Positions 1 to 8,152 of a stretch of 64,000 bases of DNA are shown here, piece after piece. The DNA is from an uncultured archaeon (lineage in GTDB: Archaea; CAYFZR01): positions 19,496 through 83,495 of the forward strand of contig CAYFZR010000065.1 in assembly GCA_964347835.1 (NCBI GenBank), given 5' to 3'. Every line of letters starts with the position of its first letter. Within the stretch, counting starts at the first letter, position 1. The notes below the pieces were generated by a model. The model ran no database searches. It was not told the DNA's origin and saw nothing but the letters and a program-made list of their open reading frames with translations. Both the position numbers and the translations under genes were made by a program.

Positions 1-368
1 CTGCCATCTTTTATCACGCCTTCGAAGGGGGGTACATTCCATCCCGGTCCAGCGGGAACAACGTCTAGGTGTGTGGATATTATGGCTGTCTCTTTTGCTC
101 CAGCATTAAGAAATGCATGTAAGTTGGTTCTCTTTCCTTCTAACAAGGGATTTTTTTCTCTTTGTTTCTTTTTAAAAATATCATCAGGCATTAAAATCTT
201 CTCAACTTCAAATCCAAGTTCTTCAAACTTTGGGATTAAAAAATCACATATTTCTTCGTATTTCTCGCCCGGAGGAACAATGGTGGCAAACTTGATCAGA
301 TCCCTGAGTAGATTTATGGTTTGATTCTTTTTTTCTCCTATCGCAACTACAATGTTTTCATCCTTCAT
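1..368 (-). CDS. M20-family metallopeptidase (ArgE/DapE-like), 5' part only; gene runs off the window edge
   Basis: Reverse-complement translation from ATG at 368 gives MKDENIVVAIGEKKNQTINLLRDLIKFATIVPPGEKYEEICDF...ISTHLDVVPAGPGWNVPPFEGVIKDG with no stop before position 1. HLDVVPAG...W...PF..DG is the typical M20 N-terminal metal-binding region. Absent from the ORF track because it is truncated. Confidence 0.55.
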   Translation of the reverse strand, partial: MKDENIVVAIGEKKNQTINLLRDLIKFATIVPPGEKYEEICDFLIPKFEELGFEVEKILMPDDIFKKKQREKNPLLEGKRTNLHAFLNAGAKETAIISTHLDVVPAGPGWNVPPFEGVIKDG

Positions 369-475
369 CTTGACCACGCACGTTTAAAATGCTAGGCGAT
401 AACATTTAAATATGTATTTTCTAACAATTCTCAAAAGAAGAGATAAAAATATTTTAAATTAAAATTTCATGCGGG

Positions 476-2338
476 ATGGTTGGTAATTTGGTGGAAGAGG
501 AAAAAGAATCTAACAAAAGAGAGTCTATGAATTACCTTGAGTCATTGTTTTATTCCCTCCGCGACATCACCAAAGAAAGATGGTTCAAAGTAGATATGCT
601 TGCCATTCTAGCAGGTCTTGCCGGCGGTATTGGTGCTGTTTTATTTAGAGGCATGATAGCAATAAATCAAAAGATCTTCTTCGGCACGCTCTTACCTCAA
701 ATTTCATTCTCGGCTAGCAAGTATAATTTAGGTCTAATAGCCTTGCCTGCGTTAGGAGGATTGATAATAGGCCCTATAATTTACAAAGTCAGTCCGGAAA
801 CAAAAGGACACGGTGTTCCGGAAGTTATGGAGGCTTTAAACCTGAGAGGAGGTAGAATTAGAACAAGAGTTGCCTTCATTAAGATCCTTGTATCATCCAT
901 TACAATAGGTTCCGGAGGGAGCGCAGGAAGAGAGGGTCCTATTGCACAGATAGGCTCTTCTGTAGGCTCCATGGTAGGGCAACGATACAAACTTACCGAG
1001 CGGGATATTAGATTGCTCGTCGTTTGCGGTGCTGCAGCAGGCATTGCTGCTACGTTTAACGCTCCTTTGGGAGGAGTTTTATTTGGATTGGAAGTCCTTT
1101 ACAGAAGAATAGAGCCTTTAGACGCTATACCAATTTTGCTTGCATCAGTGGTTGGTACTTCTGTAGCAATTAGTATATTAGGACCTAGTCCTTCATTAAC
1201 TGTGCCACCCTTCCCGTTTCCAAAAGTACAAGAGCTCGGCTTATATCTTATATTTGGCTTGATATTTGGCGTAATCTCGTTCGTTTGGGTAAGAATTTTC
1301 TACAAAATCGAGGATTTCTTCGACGAGGTAAAGATTATTCCTCCTCAATACAGGCTCGCCGTAGGTGGTCTCTTCGTTGGAATGCTCGGAATCATCTCAT
1401 TGAACATACTTGGCATAAATTATGCAGAAACTGCAAATAACCCTAAAATAATGGGATTAATAAATGACAACATAATGGGAGTAGGATATGGTGGCGTAGA
1501 CTTAGCCATGCTGGGTGGTTTGCCATTAACTCTCTTATTTATCCTTGGATTATTAAAAATATTCTCCACGTCATTTACTATAGGTACTGGAGGTAGCGGA
1601 GGCATATTTGCTCCTTCCCTTTATATAGGCACAATGCTCGGCGGCGCTCTCGGTTTGACCTTCCATAACTATTTCCCTAACTTAGTGGAGACTCCAACGG
1701 CATATTCTCTTGTCGGGATGGGCGCATTGTTCGCAGGAGCGGCTAGCGCCCCCCTCACATGTATTATATTTATACCCGAAATGGCAAGGAATTTCAACTT
1801 GTTCCTTCCTTTAATGTTGGCTTGTTCTACAAGCTATGCAGTAGCACATGTTTTGCTAAAAGGCTCTTCGATCTATACTTTAAAACTCGAGAGGCGGGGA
1901 GTAAAAATAAGAGAAGAATGGGCTCCGACACTTGAAAAGATTAAGGTAGAAGATGCGATGAACACTAATTTGGTCACCATATCTCAAAATGATTATCTAG
2001 CCGATCTTCATGATATTATGCTGGAAAGGCATCATTTGGGCTATCCGGTTGTTGATGGTAATAAGTTGTCAGGTATCATCACCTTCGATGATTTAATAAA
2101 AGTACCCTTAGATGAGAGAAACGGCGTCTTAATCTCAGAAATCATGACTAAAAACCTTATTGTTACCTATCCAGATGAGACTTTACAGAAGGCATTAGAA
2201 AAATTACACAGAAACGATATTGGTAGGTTACCAGTAGTTGAAAAAGATAATCCAGAAAAACTAGTTGGAATTATAACAAGATCTGATATACTTCGCGCGC
2301 TAGAGATTGCAGTTTTAAAGGAACGCGAAATGTATTGA
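476..2338 (+). CDS. ClC-family chloride channel/transporter with C-terminal CBS-domain pair
   Basis: 620 aa. ClC motifs GSGGSAGREGP and GIFAPS are present. The hydrophobic core is followed by two CBS-like segments (GYPVVD..., GRLPVVE...). The true start may be the internal Met (MNYLESL). Confidence 0.85.
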   Translation: MVGNLVEEEKESNKRESMNYLESLFYSLRDITKERWFKVDMLAILAGLAGGIGAVLFRGMIAINQKIFFGTLLPQISFSASKYNLGLIALPALGGLIIGPIIYKVSPETKGHGVPEVMEALNLRGGRIRTRVAFIKILVSSITIGSGGSAGREGPIAQIGSSVGSMVGQRYKLTERDIRLLVVCGAAAGIAATFNAPLGGVLFGLEVLYRRIEPLDAIPILLASVVGTSVAISILGPSPSLTVPPFPFPKVQELGLYLIFGLIFGVISFVWVRIFYKIEDFFDEVKIIPPQYRLAVGGLFVGMLGIISLNILGINYAETANNPKIMGLINDNIMGVGYGGVDLAMLGGLPLTLLFILGLLKIFSTSFTIGTGGSGGIFAPSLYIGTMLGGALGLTFHNYFPNLVETPTAYSLVGMGALFAGAASAPLTCIIFIPEMARNFNLFLPLMLACSTSYAVAHVLLKGSSIYTLKLERRGVKIREEWAPTLEKIKVEDAMNTNLVTISQNDYLADLHDIMLERHHLGYPVVDGNKLSGIITFDDLIKVPLDERNGVLISEIMTKNLIVTYPDETLQKALEKLHRNDIGRLPVVEKDNPEKLVGIITRSDILRALEIAVLKEREMY

Positions 2339-2347
2339 GGAATTCAC

Positions 2348-2851
2348 ATGTGGAAAATTATTGAAGATATATTTGACCCATATCCTGCGCAGAAGAGAGT
2401 TGTCCAATTATTGTTAGAAAGAGGTTTCCAAGTAAGAGAGGACGAAAAGATTGTCTGCGGAAACATTGAGATACCCCACACGCAGATTGCAAAAGAGGCA
2501 GGTGTTGATAGGCGTGTAGTTGACGCTACGGCCAGAAAAATACTTGAGAATGATCTTCTTCGTAATATCTTTACTGAAATCAGGTCAATTGCTTTTTTAA
2601 GAGACGTTGCCATCCACCTAGGACACGGAGTAATCGAAATCTCTGTTAAAGATGCAAGCCAACCAGGTATAATAGGGAGCATAAGCATGAAAATCGCTGA
2701 ACACGGTATAAGCATTAGACAGGCAGTCGCAGATGATCCTGAATTATCTGATGAGCCAAAGTTCACAATAATTACCAACGAACCTATATCGAGCAGTGTT
2801 ATTGAAGAGTTAAAGAAGATTCCAAACATAAAGAGTCTAACCATCTACTGA
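2348..2851 (+). CDS. Small putative regulator with N-terminal HTH-like segment and C-terminal ACT-like domain
   Basis: 167 aa. GAGGA sits 7 nt upstream of the ATG. The C-terminal half (HGVIEISVKDASQPGIIGSISMKIAEHGISIRQ) resembles an ACT fold. 4-nt spacing to the upstream ClC gene suggests co-transcription. Confidence 0.45.
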   Translation: MWKIIEDIFDPYPAQKRVVQLLLERGFQVREDEKIVCGNIEIPHTQIAKEAGVDRRVVDATARKILENDLLRNIFTEIRSIAFLRDVAIHLGHGVIEISVKDASQPGIIGSISMKIAEHGISIRQAVADDPELSDEPKFTIITNEPISSSVIEELKKIPNIKSLTIY

Positions 2852-3268
2852 TTAGAAGGGTCATGTCGTCAGAATTAACAATCGTTTTCTTATCAAAAAT
2901 AGTCATTCAAATGTCTTTTTTACCAACGAAGCCCAAACCATGATCTAAAATGAATTATCAGTAATTATTATAAAATCAAAAATCCTTATTTGGGTTCTAT
3001 TTCAAGAATTGGACTCTCTAGTTCATTTTCTGAATACAAAAAGGAAAATTTCATCTATATAGCTGATTATATCGGTAATTGTATTTAAACCGCAAAATAC
3101 TTATGTTTCGTGAAACTTAGTAAAAACACTTGGTGGGGGAGGACAGATAATATGTTTTTATTTTGAATCTGAATTAGCGTTGAAAACCTAGCATTAAACT
3201 TTTTTTAAATTTAACGCCAAGGAGGGGCGCTATGATAAAAATACTAATTAAAAGGGGAGGTGAAATAA

Positions 3269-3844
3269 ATGGAAATGTACAAAATGGGATTGATACTTTC
3301 ACTCCTGCTAATGATAGGATTAGTAGCAGGCTGTATTGGAGCAAAAGAGAAAGCGGCTGCACCCACGACACCAGCCATCCATGCTACAGGAAATATAGTC
3401 ACCATCATACCCTGCTCTGCCCCTGACGTGGATTGCATGTTCGAACAAAAATTCGGTGACGAGCTAATGAAGACCCGAAATCAATACAGTATATTTACGG
3501 GAACCATGGAGGGAACCGGGACCGGCGTGAATAGCCAATTAATAAACCTAAAGACGGGTAAAGCATTCAACTCGGCGTACGGTCACTTTGTCGGAACAGT
3601 GGGCGACTCAGAACCAGGCAGCTTCGCACGCTTCTGGACGTGGACCCTTGATATCCCAGCCTTACGTGGTGAAGAAGGTAATTACACGTGGGAAGGCTAC
3701 CATTGGGTTATCGAAGGCACCGGCATGGGTGGCCTGGAGGGTATCTGTGGAGGAGGAACCTTTGAGGGCTATGGTACGCCTGAGTTAGGCTTCACCACCA
3801 CCTATGACTTCGAGTTCCGCTTCGGCGAAGCTTGCAAAGAGTGA
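3269..3844 (+). CDS. Putative secreted lipoprotein, paralog 1 of a tandem pair
   Basis: 191 aa. Signal peptide with lipobox LVAGC. GGAGGTGA lies 7 nt upstream of the ATG. Confidence 0.6.
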   Translation: MEMYKMGLILSLLLMIGLVAGCIGAKEKAAAPTTPAIHATGNIVTIIPCSAPDVDCMFEQKFGDELMKTRNQYSIFTGTMEGTGTGVNSQLINLKTGKAFNSAYGHFVGTVGDSEPGSFARFWTWTLDIPALRGEEGNYTWEGYHWVIEGTGMGGLEGICGGGTFEGYGTPELGFTTTYDFEFRFGEACKE

Positions 3845-3845
3845 A

Positions 3846-3912
3846 GCTCGCCATAACCATGAGTAAAATAGGTAGCCTAACCACGAGTTAAGCTTCCCCC
3901 ATTTTTTTTGGT
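3846..3912 (+). terminator. Putative terminator (imperfect inverted repeat followed by CCCCC + T8)
   Basis: gaagctcgcc...gagttaagcttccccca tttttttt directly after the stop codon. Conserved in the second copy at 4730-4784. Confidence 0.35.
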
Positions 3913-4158
3913 TAAAATACTAAACAGGATCTTAGGTTGAACTAATATCGGTAACTTTCACAAAATCGAAAATTACTTATATTTCGGAAAATACAAAGTA
4001 ATCTACCTTAATTTAGCGCCGATGGAGGGGGGCAGATAACATGTTTTATTTTAAATCTGAATTAGCGTAGAAATTCTGCTATTAATTATTTTTTTTAATT
4101 TAGCGCCGAGTGTGGGGCGCGATGATAAAAATACTAATTAAAAGGGGAGGTGAAATAA

Positions 4159-4728
4159 ATGGAAATGTACAAAAAGGGATTTTTGCTACTGTTAATGATA
4201 GGATTAGTAGCAGGCTGCATTGGAGCAAAAGAGAAAGCGGCTGCACCCACGACACCAGCCATCCATGCTACAGGACAGATAGTCACCATCATACCCTGCC
4301 AAGCCCCTGACGTGGATTGCATGTTCACCCACAAATTCGACAACGAGATAGTAGACACCCGAACTGCATACAGTATATTTACGGGAACCATTGAGGGAAC
4401 CGCGACCACAGTGCAGAGCCACACGCTAAACCTAAAGACGGCTAAAGCAATCGCCTCGGGGTACGGTCACTTTATCGGAACAGTGGGCGACTCAGAACCA
4501 GGCAGCTTCGCACGCTTCCAATCGGCTACTTGTGATGTCCCACGCTTACGCGGGGAAAAAGGTAATGTCACGTGCGAAGGCTACCTTCGGGTTATCGAGG
4601 GCACAGGCTTGGGTGGCCTGGAGGGTATCTGTGGAGGAGGAACCGAGAAGACCACGGGTTCGCCTGAGTTAGGCTTCACCACCACCTATGACTACGAGTT
4701 CCGCTTCGGCGAAGCTTGCAAAGAGTGA
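4159..4728 (+). CDS. Putative secreted lipoprotein, paralog 2
   Basis: 189 aa with the same signal peptide, lipobox and leader as paralog 1. A central patch diverges (FWTWTLDIPALRGEEGNYTWEGYHW versus FQSATCDVPRLRGEKGNVTCEGYLR). Confidence 0.6.
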   Translation: MEMYKKGFLLLLMIGLVAGCIGAKEKAAAPTTPAIHATGQIVTIIPCQAPDVDCMFTHKFDNEIVDTRTAYSIFTGTIEGTATTVQSHTLNLKTAKAIASGYGHFIGTVGDSEPGSFARFQSATCDVPRLRGEKGNVTCEGYLRVIEGTGLGGLEGICGGGTEKTTGSPELGFTTTYDYEFRFGEACKE

Positions 4729-4931
4729 AGCTTGCCATGACCATGAGTAACATAAGTAGCCTAACACGAGTTAGGCTTCCCCATTTTTTGGTTAAAATAC
4801 TTAATACTTAACAGAACCCTTCTTCAAATAGCGAGATTTACATGTAAGCGCCAACTGTACAGCGTTAAATCCTATTTCTAAATTCATAACCTTAATATAG
4901 GATCGAAAATTCCATCCCTTGAGGTGGTCAA

Positions 4932-5135
4932 TTGAAGAAAGAATTAATCTTTGCCATCTCTTTTTTTGCGTTGGTTAATATCGCCTTAATTGTATTAGGT
5001 TTACTTTTTCTTTCAAGAATAACAGATCTCTATTCTTCAGGAAAGTTACCTGTATACCCTTTGGTATTAGGTTTTATTCTCGCAATAATCCTCGGTACCT
5101 TATCCGTTTTGCTCAGAAAAATTTTACCAAAATAA
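4932..5135 (+). CDS. Small two-helix membrane protein
   Basis: 67 aa, two hydrophobic helices; isolated ORF in the track. Confidence 0.3.
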   Translation: MKKELIFAISFFALVNIALIVLGLLFLSRITDLYSSGKLPVYPLVLGFILAIILGTLSVLLRKILPK

Positions 5136-5220
5136 ACTATTCTAAAATTATTTCGAAAAGAATCGGAAAAAAAGGAAGATTTTTCGATATTATTGTACAT
5201 ACAGTTTATTGGTGGTGTAA

Positions 5221-5643
5221 ATGGTTGAAAAGAAGAAAAATAACAAGGAGAACTTCATATTCTCCCTTAAGGTTTCTACCATCGTATACGGTATCTTAGG
5301 ATTCTTAGGTCTATTATGGGATTCCTTAGCTGGTCTAATCTTCTTAGGAATGATTCCTCTTACCATAAGTCTTGCTACAGGATGTATTACTGGAAACAAG
5401 ATTAGAAACAGGGCCTTTTGTGCCTCAATAATGGTGGTTAGTCCTGTTTTATTTGTTTGCTTAATCTTCTTGACTGATCTTATAGTTTTCAGCTCAACTG
5501 GAACAATAGCGGTTTTGGAAATAGTCGGATTATTGTATATGCCTACGATTATTCTAACGGCATTAACCGCAGGATACGTCATTGGATCACTCGTTCAATA
5601 CTCTACGAAGCAAAATACAAAAGAAGTTTCCCTAGAAGTCTAA
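5221..5643 (+). CDS. Polytopic small membrane protein
   Basis: 140 aa with about four hydrophobic segments. Confidence 0.4.
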   Translation: MVEKKKNNKENFIFSLKVSTIVYGILGFLGLLWDSLAGLIFLGMIPLTISLATGCITGNKIRNRAFCASIMVVSPVLFVCLIFLTDLIVFSSTGTIAVLEIVGLLYMPTIILTALTAGYVIGSLVQYSTKQNTKEVSLEV

Positions 5644-5705
5644 ATTTTTTCCAATTAATTGTTTTATTCGTTCAAATTTGAACATATACAAGCAATTTTG
5701 ATTAA

Positions 5706-6179
5706 CTAAAATTTTAATTTGTCAGTTATAAGAATGTAGGTATAAGATATGATTAATAGGGAATAGTTCAGGGCGAGAAACCATGGTTCTCCCCACGAAA
5801 TTAATCCTTTTACTTCTAAACTTGAAATGGGATAAAAAGGTCTTGGGGGGGCTATACTCTGATGGGTGAGGAAATCTATTACTACATGCATGCCCCAACC
5901 TAATAATAGAGGATAAAAAAATCTACCAATAAAAAGAGAAGAAATAAAGAAGCAAAAAAACATTGTTAAAGGGCTATGGAAAAGATAATACAACTTGTAT
6001 ATCAGCGATGTTTCAGAAATAAATGCATGGTAAGGTGGAGATTTTCTGAAAGCAAAGTATATTAAAGCAGGGATTCCGAACAGAAGATCGGGTAAAATGG
6101 CGAAGAGTAATCCTAAATATTTCCATTCATACTTTCGGAATATTAAATATGCCCATAGACCGTGAGAAAAGAAGTCCAT
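5706..6179 (-). CDS. Membrane protein, possibly DUF457-type membrane-bound metal-dependent hydrolase
   Basis: 157 aa, hydrophobic, N-terminal MDFFSHGLWAY and C-terminal MHVVIDFLTHQ His-rich motifs reminiscent of the DUF457/YdjM family. Confidence 0.35.
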   Translation of the reverse strand: MDFFSHGLWAYLIFRKYEWKYLGLLFAILPDLLFGIPALIYFAFRKSPPYHAFISETSLIYKLYYLFHSPLTMFFCFFISSLFIGRFFYPLLLGWGMHVVIDFLTHQSIAPPRPFYPISSLEVKGLISWGEPWFLALNYSLLIISYTYILITDKLKF

Positions 6180-6287
6180 TCAGTTCACCTCTGTTTGTAT
6201 TTTTCTGATTAGGATTTACCTGTATAAGAGTGTTACCTCAAAATCTTCTACCCTTATTAATAGTTTCTTTATTTTTCACATCCTTCT

Positions 6288-6523
6288 AGAAGGTGGTAAT
6301 ATTATACTTTATACTGAAATTATCTTATTCTAACCTATCACCCCCTCTCTACACCCCCATATAAAATTTAGAGTAGAGAACAAATATAGAGAAGAAAACG
6401 ACTCATTCGGTACCGTTAATAAAATAATTTTAGGTTAGTTATTATCTTTCTTTTGATCGAACTTTTTTTAAAAGTTCATTGCGGATGGAACGAGCCACAT
6501 TCCATAGCTAGCCACGTTCCATT
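6288..6523 (+). repeat. Copy A of a modular intergenic repeat family (P module + S module + hairpin H module)
   Basis: Contains agaaggtggtaatattatactttatactgaaatta..tatcaccccctctctacacccccatataaa..tttagagtagagaacaaatatagagaagaaaacgactcattcggtaccgttaataaaataatt..gaactttttttaaaagttcattgcggatggaacgagccacattccatagc. Near-identical to 31095-31392 and 56781-57047. Confidence 0.8.
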
Positions 6524-6853
6524 TTAAATAATCAAGTAATTCTCTATTTTTTCAAATATTTCCTCTAATTCATTTAGATCTTCGTCTCCGTTTAGATGGA
6601 ACTCGATGGTAAGGTCGTTTGCTCTCTTATCGTAATGTTTTACGTCTGCTTTTCTTTTCATTTTGTTTTCAAAGAAAGATTTGAGCTTTAATGCTTCCTC
6701 ACAAAAAGGCGTTATGGCCATAAATATGCCTTCAGGAGACACTGTCATGAAAAGAGATAATTCCTTGTTGTTGTATTTAAGATCAATAGAATATTGCACC
6801 ATGTTGGGATAAGGTGATAGCCTCCTTATATCGATGATTTCGATTGTTTTCAT
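6524..6853 (-). CDS. Hypothetical protein
   Basis: 109 aa ORF. Its stop codon abuts the hairpin end of repeat copy A. Confidence 0.4.
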   Translation of the reverse strand: MKTIEIIDIRRLSPYPNMVQYSIDLKYNNKELSLFMTVSPEGIFMAITPFCEEALKLKSFFENKMKRKADVKHYDKRANDLTIEFHLNGDEDLNELEEIFEKIENYLII

Positions 6854-7104
6854 ATATCCTACACCGTTAGTTCATAAGTAAATATTTTACATATACATTT
6901 TTGACTTTTTATCAGCGAATTCGTTTCGTACAACGTTATTAAACTTTTTTTCAGTACTTTAAATACCACCGAAACTCTTATATTATTCAAAATAATATTT
7001 TTCAAGTAAATATTTAGACTTTAAAGCATAAAATTTGCTCAAAATTAAAAATAAACATATTTAATGATAAATCAAACTAAAATTAGATATATGGATGTTT
7101 GTAG

Positions 7105-8139
7105 ATGTCGACATCTCTTTATGCATATGTAAACGCTAGAATAAGGGCGATGAAATCTTACTTATTAAAAACAGCAGAAATGAAATCTTTATTAGAAGCC
7201 ACTTCCGTTGAAGATGCTTTATCCTTCCTAAAGGGCACCTATTACGAAAAATATTTGACAGATATTGAGGCCCCTTCTTTATTATTGATAGAAGAGGCTT
7301 TAGTCAATTCTTTCACTAACGATTATGATAGGCTCATAAGATATCTGCATAAGCAACCAAGAGAATTTCTATCTGAAATGGGGAAAAAATTTGAAATCGA
7401 TGCTATTAAGACTATTGTTAGAATTAAAGCCGCCGATATAAAAGAAAAGTATCCAATCATCCCCTTTGGAAAGATAGACCATGTTTTAGTAGAATCTCTC
7501 ATGGAGATAGAAATGCTCGAAGAGATGGAGGGCATACTAAAAGATTTGGAATACGCACCCATAATAAGAGACACTGTACCAAAATTTAGGGAGAAAGGAG
7601 ATGCATACCCCATTGAAACTGCTTTAGATTCTTATGTTTATAGCAAAATTACCAAATCAATGGAAAAATTATCGAATCAAGATAAAAAGATGGCCAAACA
7701 ATTTATCGGATTAGAAATAGATGGAAGAAATCTAATTAATGTTTTAAGATGTAGGGGTCTCGAGGAAGAGGAAATTTTTGATTATCTCATTCCTTACAGA
7801 TATCAACTATCAGATGTCTTGTTAAATGCGTGTTTTAGCGCAGAGAATATAGATATAATCCCATCAGAGCTTTCTTCCACGAAATACGCAGATATAGTAT
7901 CGAAGGCAGTATCTAAATTTAAAGAAACTGGGTCCCTACATCCTTTTGAACTGGGTTTTAAAGAACTCATATTAGGTCTGAGTAAGAGTGTATTTTCTGG
8001 ATACCCATTCCACATAGGCACAATTTTAGGCTATTTAAACTTAAAAGAGAATGAAATAAGGACTATATTGACAATACTTATCACTAAAGAAGTTAAACTG
8101 CCACCATCAGAAGTTGAGAATTTGATTTTACTAACATAA
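7105..8139 (+). CDS. A/V-type ATP synthase subunit C (AC39/d)-like protein, stand-alone
   Basis: 344 aa. N-terminus LYAYVNARIRAMKSYLL matches the conserved start of archaeal A1AO subunit C. No other ATP synthase genes are nearby. Confidence 0.5.
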   Translation: MSTSLYAYVNARIRAMKSYLLKTAEMKSLLEATSVEDALSFLKGTYYEKYLTDIEAPSLLLIEEALVNSFTNDYDRLIRYLHKQPREFLSEMGKKFEIDAIKTIVRIKAADIKEKYPIIPFGKIDHVLVESLMEIEMLEEMEGILKDLEYAPIIRDTVPKFREKGDAYPIETALDSYVYSKITKSMEKLSNQDKKMAKQFIGLEIDGRNLINVLRCRGLEEEEIFDYLIPYRYQLSDVLLNACFSAENIDIIPSELSSTKYADIVSKAVSKFKETGSLHPFELGFKELILGLSKSVFSGYPFHIGTILGYLNLKENEIRTILTILITKEVKLPPSEVENLILLT

Positions 8140-8152
8140 GTATAGGGATCCT

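Larger units (their letters stand above)
3130..4790 (+). repeat. Tandem duplication of about 750 bp, each unit carrying leader + lipoprotein gene + terminator
   Basis: Units at about 3150-3900 and 4030-4790 share the leader ...tgaatctgaattagcg...atgataaaaatactaattaaaaggggaggtgaaataaatggaaatgtacaaaa, most of the coding sequence and the tail ...ggcttcaccaccacctatgac...ttcggcgaagcttgcaaagagtgaagct.gccat.accatgagtaa. Confidence 0.8.

Noticed and set aside
73-324. Track ORF (83 aa) on the + strand
   Set aside because: Low-complexity translation. It lies antisense to a well-supported M20 peptidase reading frame that runs from 368 off the window edge.
781-1605. Minus-strand ORFs 781-1044 and 1420-1605
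   Set aside because: Embedded antisense in the ClC channel gene. Pro/Ala-rich shadow translations of a GC-richer coding region.
2344-2844. Minus-strand 166-aa ORF mirroring the ACT-domain gene
   Set aside because: Almost exactly co-extensive antisense ORF. The + strand product has a recognisable ACT-like domain, an SD and operon context, whereas the minus product is hydrophobic low-complexity.
3232-3438. ORFs starting MIKILIKRGGEINGNVQ (also 4110-4310) and antisense ORFs over the lipoprotein starts
   Set aside because: The ATGATAAAA… is part of the duplicated leader that contains the SD GGAGGTGA for the real start 7 nt later. These ORFs are out of frame with the lipoprotein and have no signal peptide.
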